Shown: positions 12,263 to 26,493, numbered from the whole stretch's first letter. The stretch is DNA of 63,811 bases, filler included, from Sluysia triapertura (GCA_046118255.1; 5 parts of 5 records of this genome joined end to end with filler, not necessarily neighbours in it), one strand, 5' to 3'. Notes: generated from the sequence alone by a model not told the origin. Numbers and translations are program-made.

Positions 12263-15200
12263 ATGTTACTTTTTTTTTTTCTTAGGACTTACAAAATTAA
12301 ATTGACGCATTTTTTGTTACTTTTTTGAAATTTATATCTTTTGTGTGATTATGAAATTACAATAACAAAATTTATAAAGTTACAATGAAATAAAAATATA
12401 ATTTCACCTAATCTAACAAAATCATAGTAACTTCAAAATAAACATCTCAAAATTACCTAAATCAAAAATGAATTAGAAACATTAGAAATGAGAGATATGA
12501 ACTTCCCATACTTAATTATTAAGTCAATAAACTTACAAAATAAATGATAGCATCGGAAAAACGAAAAAATCTATAATTTTAATAAAACAGAAATAAAGAC
12601 ATGAATACTAATAAGCATAAACTAATAAAAACCTGCATAAAACTAAAAATTGAAAATATATGAATTATTATAATATAGCCAGTCATTTAATCTAACAAAA
12701 AATTACATAATTTTAATAAAACTAGTCGTAGAATAAAATAAACTAGAGGGGGAAGTTAATTATAGAATAGTTACCCTAAAATCTTGTATAAATAAGTCAT
12801 ACAAATCAAATAAAAAGAAAAATCAAAGAAACTTATGATGCGGCTTACACTCAAGTAGTTGAAAAAAATAAGGAATAAAACTTTATTCAAAACCTTCACG
12901 TCCTTAAATACTTCAACATTAGTGAGGCTTATATACAAGATTTTATGATACTAAAAAAAAGAACTAAAAAAATTAATTAGCTACAATCGCACGTTGACAA
13001 AATAATTTGGGCTTTATTACATTAAGGTTCACTCTAACCCTTACATACATACATTGACATACATTCATTACAATTGCATTTCTTTTCCATTTAATCAAAC
13101 TGACTTATTTCGTTCTAAAAATTAACCTGGACCTAGCTACCGGAATTCTACTGAACGCAATGGACAGCGAATGGTTTACAAGATCATTTTATTTACTTGA
13201 AATTATCGAAAAGATACTCGCTTGACATAATTTATATAATGAAACTCTGTTTCTATCTAATGAAACAAAATTAAATATCTGAAAATTTATATGAAGAAAT
13301 AAATGTTTATAAATCTTCGATCCTTAAATATCGTCAAATAATTAAAGTGATAATTTCTCAAACCGTTGAAGTGATTTCAAAAAATTAAATATTCATTCAA
13401 ATTTTGTTATATGTAATAAAACTTATGTTGTTTTATGTTAAATTAAATGGACTTGCACAAATTTAAATAAAATTATTCGCAAACTTCATGAAATTCTAAA
13501 CTTTATAAAACTTTTCTTTACTGCTAATTCTTTAAATTTAACTTTCTAATATGAGGCTCATATTTATTTAAATTTTTACAATATTTTTCAAACCTTATTA
13601 CAAATTTATAGATGAAGTTGTGATTGCTACTCGTTTCTGATTTTCAAAGTCTCAATAAAAAATAACAAAAAACCAGTTGTTACACCATTATAATTTAAAA
13701 TCAATTATATTTAAAACAATACATAATTTGAGCAAAAAAATAAGTAACTTATACTTTTTTATTTTAAAGTAATTTAAAAAGAATTTTGGATATAGGATAA
13801 GGTGTATTTACTTTAGTCTCGCAATATTTTTCCAAATAAATTTATAAGTATTCTCCAGCAAAGATCTTCTAATTACTTTTGAACTATATCAAATATCTTC
13901 CCTAAATTATCGTGTTTTGCTTTCTGTAGTATTTTTCACTAACAGCCAAAAATTTTCTCAATTCTATTCTATAATTTTTTCATAAACTATTTTACCTCAT
14001 AGCCAATTTTATCAAATATACTTATAACCTTATATGTATTTTATTATATATTATTATATGTATTTTTCTATATGATAAATTATATCTTATATTATATTCT
14101 ATATTATAATTCTGGCCACCTTTATGTCCGCTTTGTTGATTTGTAATTATTACTGCTATTTAGTTATTTTTATTCTATTTTATAGTTACATAATCATCCG
14201 TCTTGATTCTATTCCATAATGTAGCTATATTATTTGTAGCTTTGTTATTTTCGTGGTGTTTTTGCTTAATTTGTCTTCTTTCTAGCTAATTAAGTATGGT
14301 AGACTCCATTCGTCATTCTTATTTTCCAGATTTGACGCAGTTCATTTTGCGTAAAAGATTATTTAAATTACAATTATTATTATAATTTTATAAACACATC
14401 TTAATCTCAAAATTAAAGAAATCAAGAAAATATTTCATTACGTTCTTAAATTAAGAAAACAAAATTGGCCATATAATGGAAATTTACTATAGAAAAATTA
14501 TTGTAAAATGAAAGTGAATAATTTCTGGAGCATAATTTAATTTTGAATAGAAGACAACATTACAGAGTGACATTTGTAGATATTTGATAGTACGTACAAT
14601 TTAATAATAAATAAATGTTGAAATAATAATTTCTTGATTATCTAGTGCAGCAAGTGATGTAGCCAAATATTTTCACAAATTTTTCATACAAAATTAATAA
14701 AATTAAGATTGATTCGTTTCCGTATATAATGCATTGAGACTGACTTAATTACTCCAAGAATTTTACACAGTGGTTTATAGCCAACTTCAAAAATATTTTG
14801 TTAACTTGAAGTGATTAAAAAAGACGCTGCATACGTTTTATGCGGAAGTTTTATTTCTAAGAATATTTATAAATTCTGAGTAAGTACCACAGAGGAGTAT
14901 AAAAAAGTAGAACGATGGCTTAATCTAAGCAATATTGCTGCTGGTTGGAATGATATATATCTACCAGAGTTATTTTCAGAACTAACCTTCAGATTATAGA
15001 GACTGATTATAAACCAACATATAATTACTCATCGTATTTAGCATAAAACAATTAATAAACTAATTAGATTACATTTTATCAATTTTAAACTTACAAAATT
15101 ATTTATTTCTGCTTTAATTCCATGGCTAAAACAAACTTATTAACAATTAAATTTTTTGAAACCTATTTCACAAATATTTAACAAAGTATAGTTTATTGTT

Positions 15201-16573
15201 AACGTAATCAATAATTATCGTACCTTTATAAATAATTATCGTAACTTTTATAAATAATTTTTCATTGTATTTGAAAATGACTAATCATTGTTATAATCTT
15301 CAGACATAAGAAGTAATTATCTTAATTATACTATAACTAAAACATTAAAAATTAGTTTATTCAATGTGATTATTTATTTTAAGAAACGTACATGAATTAT
15401 AAGCTTAAGAAACACTTTTATTCAAGTGTAAAAGACCAGGAGAAACATTCTAAAATGCGATTTAAATATGGGAACAAGATAGAAAATGTTTACAGACTTC
15501 CATGACACTTGTGAAATTTTAATACACGAATTTTTGTCCCAAGAATTTTTTTCACTTTTTCACATTTTACATCAAATTAAGATCAAACAAACTTAAAAGG
15601 AAAAATTTCCTTAGTATTTTGTAATTTCTGAAAAATTAACAAGTATAATGAAAAAATGTTATTTTTCTTATTCTCTTATTTTTCACTTTGATTCATTAAA
15701 ATACAACAATACGAAATACTAAAGATAACTGCAACAATTAAGAAACAAGTACACAAAAGCGCTTAAAATATTTCATTCATCATCTCTTATTTTTAAATAC
15801 TCTAATTATTTGCCAATTTTCCGATAACTGGTTGTAGATTTTTGAAACAACAATTTATAACCTATCACTTATCTTAATATCCTGCATGTTGTGTATAAAT
15901 TGTTATAACTTAAAGACATTCAAAACTATTGTGATTCTATTTTCTATTCTTGGTTTTTTAAATAAAATTACTTGTCAAAAATTTCTTACTAAACTGCAAC
16001 TTAATCGGAGGTAAAAACAAAAATATATCTGTGTATCATATTGATAAATTGATTTATCGAAGATTTAATTATGTCCACAGTTACTCGAAATTTAGCAAGT
16101 TATTTGATAAAGGTTGTAATGGGCATTTATTACCTTAACCAGTTAATTTTATAAAATTTATAACTTGATTTTTAGGATAAAAAATAATTAATAAAGTTGT
16201 TTGTGAATTCATAATGAATATTCTTAATACTAAATTTTATTTAAATATATTTCCTAATAATTAAATATCATTTAAACCTTCCATAGTAACAAATAATATT
16301 TAAAGATAGCTCTTATAATTTATAAAGCAAAATACTGTTAATGTGATCTAAAAGTCTTGATTATAATCTAAAAGTATATAATGAAATAAATAAAGGAAAC
16401 TGATTTAAAATGATAAATCTTATTAATAGCTTAAAAATTTCATATTGTTTACAAATTTAAATGATGTGAAAGCTTAACAAAAGCATTTATTTATTGCTGT
16501 AAATATGTAAAGCTTAGAAAAAGCATTTTAAAATTAAAAACTTCAAGATTATTTATTTATAAAACTATTTAAC

Positions 16574-17353
16574 CTTGCATCCTTCGCAAGCCATAACACG
16601 ATAATGGAATCCTGAAGCGTTATGTTTACAAACAACACATAAATGTGGTCCAGTTGTTGGATCCATGTAACTCGGTATAAACGGATGTCTTGCTAATGCT
16701 TTTCCATGCTTTCCTTTCCTTTGAATAATAGAAGAACTTGAATTTGAATTATTCGTGTCTTGATTAATGGATCCTGTTGACTGACGCTTTCGCGATACAC
16801 CGATAGTATTCGTTTGATTTAAATTTTTCGAATTATTTCTCCCAGCTCGCCCTCTTCAAACAACAGAAACACCGGTTAATTCTTTAGTGTCATTCATTAG
16901 ACAAAAATTCTGAGACATCTGCAAACTCTCTGTACTATATAATTCCGAATTTTCATTTAATTGCAAATAATTATTATTGACTGTATTTGTGCTATGATTT
17001 CCCTGAGTAATAAGCATTGATGATAATGGAGTTTGTTCCTGAGCTGTAGAATTAAATGAAAATTTTGTATTTCCAGATTCAGATGAAGCGATACTTCCAT
17101 CACCGGAGGAGACACATTGAATATAATCGACAGTTGGTGTAAAGCGTGGATAAATATCAGTGGAGTTGCTAAAACTAGCTGAGGTAGGAGCACTTTGAGA
17201 ACTGGATAAACCACCACTTTTAAAATCCGTATTCAAATCAACATTAATATTTGATGTATTGGCACTATGGGGATTACTTATATTTAAATTAAAATTCGTA
17301 TCAATATAATACGGTCCGTTGTGATTGTTCAATGAAGTTTTGTCTCCATTCAT
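16574..17353 (-). CDS. TR: Exon of a thyroid hormone receptor-like nuclear receptor (NR1A): A/B domain and first zinc finger; one in-frame TGA at 16856-16858
   Basis: Frame continues past the TGA to [38 protein letters not shown], followed by a GT donor at the phase-0 intron position known for TR/RAR genes. Confidence 0.88.
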
Positions 17354-19399
17354 TGTACAAAATTGGATAATTTAATTCCTTGTAAATCATGAATAAAATG
17401 AAATGCACCGGTTAATATAAACTAAACTCATTAGTAAAATAATAAACACAAAAAATATTTTTAAAAAATAACTCAATAAGAATTTTATTTTGATTATTTG
17501 CATATGATTTTAAATTTTCATTCACATTAAAACATTTACTGAAATCCAATCAATGTACTGTATACTTCACCTCTTAAACAGCCAATTACATTTGAATTTT
17601 TAAGCTAACTATTCATTATGTAATAAAAGAGAGAGAAAAATCTACACAACACAGTTCTTATATTCATAAACGTGATTGTATGTGTGGTAAAATGACATTT
17701 TGTAGCTTTTGCTATGATGAGTAACCTTGATTGTGTGTTTATTTTTACATATTTATGCACACTGTTACAAATGCATTGTAACAATTGATTGATTGAGATT
17801 TACTATGTTTATTAGAAAGTAAAAAATAATAAATATTTTACTTAATATATTAATCACTATATTCATTTTAAAATATCGCAATGACAATTTTAAATAAATA
17901 TTATTTAAACAATTTTTAAATTTTCTATAAATAAGAATAATTTCAAATGTTTTTAAAGGACAATAAATATCAAATTTGAAGATTTAAATTAATCAGTTTA
18001 CAAAAGTATGAAAATGCGAAGAGATTATTAATATTTTATTTTTTGAGATAATTATCTGTTTAAAATTTTTTACTTCAGTTATATGGAAAAGACAAATAAC
18101 TTAATAATAATAATATTAATTTATATTGCGCTAATATCTAAAAAAGGTAAGTACTCAAAAGAGCTTAAACTAAATCATTCACAGTAATTTTTCTGAAACA
18201 GAAATTACTTTGACATTTTCTTAAATATTTCATAATCTTCCAGTAATTTGACATTTTATGGTAGCTGGTTGTATATTTTTGAAACATAAACACTATATAA
18301 CTTATCACCTAGCTTATTGTTACTGTGGATTCTGTATAAATTATTATGTCTCAATGAAATATTCCTTTTCCAAATTTTTTATTATTCAAGACTTCTGTAA
18401 TATAAACATGATTTTGAATTATATTCTTGCTTTCATAGGCAACCAATGTTATTCCTTAAGAAAAAGTGTTACATGAGATTTCTTCCCACTTAGAAAATTA
18501 GTCATGCCTTTTGATTAATTATTAATTGTAATTTTTTCACTTTTCTATATGAAATTGAGTGAAATATATCATTGTTAAAATCTATGTTATTAGTTATCAA
18601 TAAATGAACAATTTGTTTGATATTTTATACAACTGATATTTACACTTTTTAACAATACATTTAATATTTTTTTCCATATTCATTTTTGAATCCATATAAG
18701 AGTTTAAATTTCGTACTTTTAATTTCGCATCTAGTGTCTTACCAGGTACAATTAATTTTATTTCGTTTATTTGGGCATTGTTATTATTGCCAGTATTTTC
18801 TTATACTTTTGCAAATTTTTATAATTGTTGGATCGCCAGGATCGCTAACCGATGAAATATTTTCAATTATTGATTGTTGAAAATGATAGTGTTCAAAATT
18901 ACATTATTTATTTTAACAATATTTTGTTAATTTTATTTATCATATTTATTCACACTGATACAATTTTATTTATTATTTTATTATTAACAATTTCATTTTA
19001 TTATTAACAATTATTAAATATTAACAAATATAGTTAATTATTAACAAATTAAATTAATAAATATTATAAACCAAAATAAATTTCAATTATAAGAAGAAAA
19101 TTTAAAAAATATTTATTTAAATAAATCAATTATTAAGATTTGTTTAACTAATATCACGTAGGCAAATATGGGGAATAAAAAAGACATAAATACATTAGAA
19201 ATTTAGCTAATTTACACAAGAACAACAACTGCGGCAACAAAAATTAATAAGTACGGCGTAACATTTTTAAAGAAAATAATATTCGTCAGCAAAAAGATAT
19301 TCCTTTTCAATCCATGCAGAAGTAATATTCTTTTTAAGTTTAAATTAAACCCTAATTGTAATAAAATAGGGTATTTAAAATCACTACGTAAAATCATTA

Positions 19400-19825
19400 T
19401 ATTTAATCCTAGACCGTAACTGGCTTTATCAAAATCTTTATATAATCAAATTTTCCTTGGCTAAGCACTAGGCTTAAGTCGATAAAATAACTATATTATA
19501 TCAATTTGATTACTCCTTTGTAATACTATTTGCTATATCTTGTGGTTAATAAAAGTATTATTCATCGAATCTTCTAATATTATTATTTAAAATATTTCAT
19601 ATTTGGCCAGACCGTAAAAAGGCTGGTTCAACGCTTAAACTATTGCATATTTTGTCAAACCGTAACAAGGCTGACGTAACCGACTCATATAGTCGTAACC
19701 CATATAAACGTAAACTTAGATATTTTTTTGGTATAAGACACCTAAGTAAGTGAAGTGACTCTCTTTTGTCTCCAAATCTAATTAGGACGTCTTCGTTCAG
19801 ATTTGAAGCGCGCCTAATTAGTCGA
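19400..19825 (+). other. Structured region upstream of the env-Gypsy remnant (three related mini-hairpins and one long hairpin)
   Basis: A(G/A)ACCGTAA..GGCT at ~19411, ~19609, ~19657; ctaattagg...cctaattag stem at 19778-19821. Confidence 0.5.
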
Positions 19826-20309
19826 GCTAACCTTCAGAAATATTTTGCTAGTAAGGTTACTTTTAGGTTACTCATCAGCTTAGTTGTTATTACTCGAGTT
19901 GAGAAATAATTAACAATATTACATGTATTTTACGATCAATAAATGTACATACCTTATTGTTAATAATAATAATAATAATCTGCTATTAGATTTGATGTAT
20001 TGGAGTAAAATTACATTTGCACTATTAACTCAATATACATAGCAGGCAGACATATACAAGAAATTAGAACAAAATTTTAGTAAAATATATTAAAAATCGA
20101 ATTGGAAGAATTTTAAATAAGACGACTCGATTGATTCAAAGAAAGAATAAATTTTGGAATTTATTATTACAGAAAATATTAATTGTCAACGTAATCAGTA
20201 ACTGTAACATCGAGCTGTGGAAAATACTAAGATTGATATAAATAAAGTAAGCGATACTTATTGATCTTGGTTTAAGGTTAATAAAATATATTTTATCTAA
20301 CAATACATT

Positions 20310-21022
20310 AAATTAGAAACATATTTAGAACCGGTAACCAGAGTAACTATCCAAATAATATAATGCAACCAAAATTAATGCAATGTTCTAATGTCATGGC
20401 TCCGGAATATAGAATAGATGATAATTTGTGGATAGCACTACCACACAGTGAGCCAAGTGAAAACTCCAGAAATTATATGATTGACTGAATTAAAAGGAAA
20501 ATTAAAATTCTTAGCTACAAAAAATATACCTAATTCCGGTATTTATACAAATAATGATATTCAAGCGGTTTGGCGGGAAATATTATTAACTGAAATAGTA
20601 GATAAAGCAACAGTAGAGAAAAACGGACAAGTGAATTATGAATAACTATTGGGACTCGATCACTTGAAAAGAGCCGCACAAGACACGCTGAAGCATATAT
20701 GGGGAAAATTTTTAATATTAGGACAAGCGTCTTCAGGATTAATATGAATTTACATAATATTTAAGTAAGTGCACTAATAATATCTCAGGCATTTTCAGTA
20801 ATTGGAATTTATAAAATATCAGGATTTACATGGAGACTAATAATCGGATGTTTCCCATTTTTAGCAAAATATCTATTGCATCACCACACCAACGCACAAA
20901 TAAATACACTGAGAAAGGAAAGGCATCAAACAGAAGAGAGACAAAACAATGAAAATGAGGAAATTATAGAAAACCAGAAACTTTTTGAAGATCAAACAAT
21001 TAACGAAATTCAGAAGAAATGA
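20310..21022 (+). pseudogene. env: C-terminal part of a chuvirus-type envelope glycoprotein (env), decayed
   Basis: Manual translation: YLEPVTRV..MQCSNVMAPEYRIDDNLW..NSGIYTNNDI..LKHIWGKFLILGQASSGLI*IYIIFK..IYKISGFTWRLIIGCFPFLAKYLLH; ectodomain end and hydrophobic segments in the order recalled for this family. Confidence 0.75.
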
Positions 21023-22846
21023 ATTTATCCCATCACTCCAATATCACCGCCACACGTAATGTACATGATCTGTGCAAACAATAATTACAATGGTTCAAAA
21101 AGACCAATGGTAAATATAAGAATAAATGGAAGAATGGTCTTAGCATTAATAGATACTGGAGCCGTGGCTTCTTTGATTAATGAAAGTTTCTTAACTAAAG
21201 ACGAATTAAAAAGCCTTGCCTACCACACTTCTCATCTATCAGGAGTTACAGGAGATGAAATTAATATAGTTGGTGTAATGAAAGCTATTTGTGAAGTAGG
21301 ACAAAATGAATTAGAAATTAAGTTACGAGTTATGTAAAAATGTCCTGAAGAAATGATAATGTGAATGGACATATTATCTCAATTAAAAGGAATCACCTTA
21401 GATTTCGATCAAGTAAGACTGATGGATAGTATATCAAGAAGAGTTATTGGTGATGATGATGTGTACATAGATGAACCACTTTGGTTATTAAAAAGAAGTG
21501 AATATATAATGCCAGCTATTAACAGGCAGTATTATGTTTATTGCATCAGAATTTAATCAAGAAAAGTTAGACATAGGAATAGCAAGTGCAGTATGCAATA
21601 ATTGTGAAGGAAGAATACCTGTTCGTATTATAAATTATACAAATGATATCAAATGGCTTTATACCGGTACTAAGTTAGGAAGAATTATAAGTATACAATA
21701 CCTGCACATATTAATATGATAATGGAATCCAAAAATAAGTTGGAAAATAAAACTGAGAATAATATAAAATTACAACGCGAAATACAAGAGGATTACAATG
21801 AAATCGAAATCACTAATAAAAACACTAACAAATAAACAAATAGATCAGCTATACGATGTTATTTATCCGAATAAATACCATTAATAGATAAAGTAATTCG
21901 AAAAGCCATAGAGAATACCCATATGTAATCAAAAAGAGATGCAAGATGAAATAGTGGAGGATAAGGCCAAATTTCTCTCCATTTTCATCTCCTGTTTTAC
22001 TATTCAAAAAGGATGGCACAATGAGATTCTGTTTAGATTTCATGGAATTAAATAAAATAACATGAAAATATGAAATGTCAGATATGCGACATATTTTACA
22101 ACTCTAGATCTTCAAAGTGGTTACTGGTAGATAGAGATTGCCGAGAAAGATAAACACAAAACTGCATTTACTTGTGGTGATGAATTGAATGAATGCGAAA
22201 AAATGCCTTTTGGATTGACTAGTGCATCTACGACTTTCCAGCGGTGCATGGATTTCGTATTATCTGGCTGTAAAACTGTTATAGTATGTATTGACGACAT
22301 AATAATATTCTCTAAAGATTTTGACACGCATGTAAAGGATATTGATAATATTTTAAATAGACTGGAGATAGCTAGATTAAAAATCAAACCTACCAAATGT
22401 GTCTGGGCTGAAGAGAAAGTCGAATTTCTAGGACATATAGTGTCGAAAGAGGGAATAAAACCCAATCCGAGAAATATTGAAGTGGTTAAATTTCCACAGC
22501 CAGACTACCTAAAAAAGATAGAAAGCTTTTTGGGTTTAACTAATTACAAACTAACTATATAAGATTTGTTAAGTATTTCGTTAAAATAGCACAATCACTC
22601 AGAAAACTGACAAAGAAAGATGTTGAATTTAGATGGACAGATGAACAAACAAAAGCCTTCAAAGAATTAAAAGAACGGCTAACTACAACACTCATATTAA
22701 TATTTCCAGACGTTAACAAACCATTCATACTCACTACGGATGCTAGCAATTATGCTATCGGAGCAATTCTGGGACAAAAGGATAAGAATAACTTAGAAGC
22801 GGTAATTGCATACACTAGTCAACGATTAAACGAAGCCGAAATGAAA
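21023..22846 (+). mobile_element. pol: Ty3/Gypsy pol pseudogene: aspartic protease, RT and 5' RNase H
   Basis: ALIDTGA; [19 protein letters not shown]; LDLQSGYW; KTAF..MPFGL; VCIDDIII; FLGHIVS; FLGLTNY; TTDASNYAIGAILGQ; multiple stops and frameshifts. Confidence 0.95.
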
Positions 22847-23499
22847 GGGAGTGTTTAGCAATATTATATTTTGTTTTATATTATTCAGTTGAAGTATGTT
22901 AAAAAAAATTATGTCTTTTTAAATAATTTATTAACAAAATTAATTTAAATCTATCAAAATCTATTATCCAATAACGAAAGTTATAACGATTGATATATTT
23001 ATTAAATAACATTTTATAAAATTTTAATTTCTTTATAAATCGTTGTAATTTTCCTAGTTTTTCTAAAGATGCCAGTGAATCTTGCACAATTGATCTAGAT
23101 AATATTCAAGATGTGTGCAGTTGCCATAACGTATTACATTGTAAAATGATGCTTTTCAATATGGGTACCTTTTAATATATCTGATTCTTCTTTTGAAATC
23201 AGAGGTAAATTTGAATCCATTTTGCATCTTAAATAACCATAGTATAACGAGTACAAAAACTTCATTCATAATTCATAAAATACTTTTAAACAATTTTATA
23301 TCAAACTGGTAAATAAAAATTTTAATTGGTTTCTATTTTAATTGATTTCTATTTTAAATTCTAATTTAAATTCAATTGTTGTGCCAATTTTTATGAGTCT
23401 GATTATTTTACTTAAAAATAGACTGTTATGATTGACGAATTGTTGCATTGTACTAGTTATACTATTTATACACATCTTTGAAACAAAACTTTACACTAC

Positions 23500-24504
23500 A
23501 TGCGTTTGTATGTCTGATAATTTAAAAGTATAGATACTTCATTATATTGGGTTGTGAATGTATAATTTTTTTTGTTTACTTTTCAACTACAAATTGTTTT
23601 GTGTTATTACGTATGATTAGGCATCCAATGAGAGAACTGTAAATATAACAAAAATAGCAATGATTGGATGTCCAATCAAAGTATGGTGTGATAAAGCAAC
23701 ATGTGAATGTATACCTGTCACCATAAAGTTTACAAAATTCATCAATTAAAATGGTGACAGGCAAATCTATTTTAAATATAGTTAAATGGTTACCATACAT
23801 GTAACTAAATGATAAAATAATGATAATGGTATTTATAATAAAATGAAATGTTAATTATAATAATAATAAAATTAAATTTAATAATAAAATATCCTAATAG
23901 GGTAATAATAACGTTTGTAATACTAATAATAATGAAAGATAAAAATAATACATGAAATTCTTTTATTGTCTTTTAATTCCTGCATAATCTTTTTAATATG
24001 CCAGAAATAAAAATGATAATGATAATAATAGTGACAATTGATAGTTATACTAAAATACATAAATCTTTCTTATAAATCAAATTCCTTTCTTTCTAATAAA
24101 ATTTTTTTAACTAGCATTCTTTTAATTATGTCCGATTACTATTTTTTTAAAAGCCAAAGAGGAAGAAAAAGAATAATAACACGCACTTCTAGGTATTAGA
24201 AGAAATTCCGTTTTGATTAAAATGTTTAAAATGATCTTGAAGTGTGAATTTACTGTTTTTCAACGATATTAATGATTGGGTGTGGAAAAATTGTGAACTT
24301 GAATTGTTTTGGATTAAGTAAAATTTGTACGTTTGATGATTTTCTATGTTGAATAAGATTTTAATGTAATGAACTTTGAATTTAAAAAGATCAAAGTATT
24401 TAAAATTTTAAAGAATCATAAAATTTGAATTATTAAATATTCTGAAGAATGGTTTTATGTGTAATGTTAGACTAAAATGTTAAGATATTAGGTTGGCCAC
24501 CACA
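23500..24504 (-). mobile_element. Family A repeat (putative LTR), copy 2, inserted in the Gypsy RNase H
   Basis: Starts TGTGGTGGCCAACC at 24504; AAT tract; hairpin 23714-23761; palindrome TGATTGGATGTCCAATCA at 23661-23678. Confidence 0.7.
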
Positions 24505-24780
24505 ATATATGCAGACTACAAACCAGTGATGTATCTGTATAATCATAGGGACGAAGTTAGTAGATTAAATAGATAGTTTAATAAACTATCAGAGTTCGAT
24601 GTAGAAGTTATTTACAAACCAGGTTCGCAAAATAACGGCACTGATTGTATCTCATGATTGACAAATGCAGACTATAAAGAAAATATTAACTTGATACAAA
24701 TTATGTCAATATCGGGTAAGGTTCAAGATACTAAAGAAATTATCAAACACTAAAGGGAAGATAAGGATAATCATCCACTA
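24505..24780 (+). mobile_element. pol: Resumed Gypsy RNase H C-terminus
   Basis: IYADYKPVMYL..SRLNR*FNKLSEFDVEVIYKPGSQNNGTDCIS*L matches the TDHKPL..RW..L.EFD..I.YKPG..N..AD.LSR consensus. Confidence 0.85.
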
Positions 24781-26493
24781 ATCAATCCCAATCATTTTGT
24801 CGGAGCGCTAATAACAAATCACAAATATTACGATGATTGTTTTGATGATAATACAGATTAGGAAGATTTGAAGTGTATCTACCAGAAATCTCAAGTGACC
24901 AATTCCTCTTATGAGATTCATCGATCTAATAATTTTTATCTTTTACTAAAGGACTCGATCAACAGATATTCAAGAATCACTTAACAATATTGTCGTAGCG
25001 TTATGTTATGAAGTTTATAAAGTTTGCAAAGCAACCACATAAAATTTACAAGCTACTTTCAACCTTGCATCTTCTTAAACTAAAACTAATTTTTTGAATA
25101 TTGAATTTATTTACAAATTAATAAAATATGCTTAGCAAAAGAAATTATTATTTGTATTATTTTAAAAATTATTTTTGTTTCAAAAAATGTACTCTTTTAT
25201 TATTTTGTTTTTAAAGAAATGCTTAAATTATTGTGGCTTGCATTATTTTGTATTACATGTCATCATTATGATGAAACTTCGAATTCAACGCATTATTAAT
25301 ACAAATTTGATGTTAATTTTCAGAAATACTGTTCAATTATGCTGAAGTAATAACAAGAAATTTAAAAACAAAATGACAAATGTAGTTGTACAAAAAATAC
25401 ATCAATGCATTTTAAAACTGTAAAACAACATGCATTTAACGTATATGTCAATTCATCAGTGTACCAGTTATAATTTGATATTCAGCTAATGAATCAATAT
25501 CCATATACGATTATGCATCATTAAAGATGCACAAAACGATAAAAATCGTACGATAAATTCATTTAATGGCTTAATTAGTTTGGACAATAGTAATACGAAT
25601 GCTACTTTATGCGAAAATAACATCCGTAAACATTTCTTAATAAATCAACCGCATTTAATAAAAGATTATATTATATTATAAACGATGTTTATGTAATTCT
25701 TAATAAATTAAATAAAATATTTTAATAGTTCTTGTATTGTTGATATATTTTATTTTAATTTATCTATCGTACATACTGATCAATGTTTGCCAAATGGAAC
25801 TCCAAATTAATTATTATACCTATATGAATAACAGTAAATAACAATAGATAATCAGAATATGACAAAATGTAATCAAGATTGAAAATGCAATAAAAACAAT
25901 CGTTACTAAAACATTACTAACAAAATTGCAAACATTTTTTGTAAATACAGCGATACAACCAACAAAATCAAAATACCTTATGGCATAATAAATTGAATTC
26001 CTGTGTTGTACAAATTTGTGTAATCAAAATAATGATAGTGTTAATATCCGAGTTGTCATTAAAAATTATGAAAAAAAATCACTAAAAGCTTTATATGGTA
26101 TTTTCCATTGAGATAATTTCAATTCTCTCCTGTAGTAAATTTTAATTATATGTCCAGTTTCTTTTTACAGTTGAAATCATATTCTATTCATAAGTTGTTG
26201 TGTTATGTTTATTATTTAACAGAATGTACTCTACGAAAATTGAAAAGGCCTTATAAAAATTACAAAATTTATCATTATATTTAAAATTTTTATTAATAAT
26301 TGTATTGTTCAGCTCATTCATAAATCTCTAACACAGGCAATTTCAAACATCCAATACATATTACACTAATATATCATAACTTAAATAGATTATAATATTT
26401 TTTAATTCGAATAATATATAATATACTTAAATTACAATAATTTATTATATAATATTACTTTTAATTCGCTGTGATCACCTTTTCCAACTCCAT

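Noticed and set aside
16856-16858. TGA reassignment (alternative genetic code) explaining in-frame stops
   Set aside because: The other interrupted frames also contain TAA/TAG stops and frameshifts, indicating ordinary decay
11860-21022. Joining the two env fragments into a single gene
   Set aside because: Opposite strands, different contigs, with a host exon between them
22121-22749. - strand ORFs 22121-22465 and 22555-22749
   Set aside because: Antisense shadows of the RT/RNase H frame
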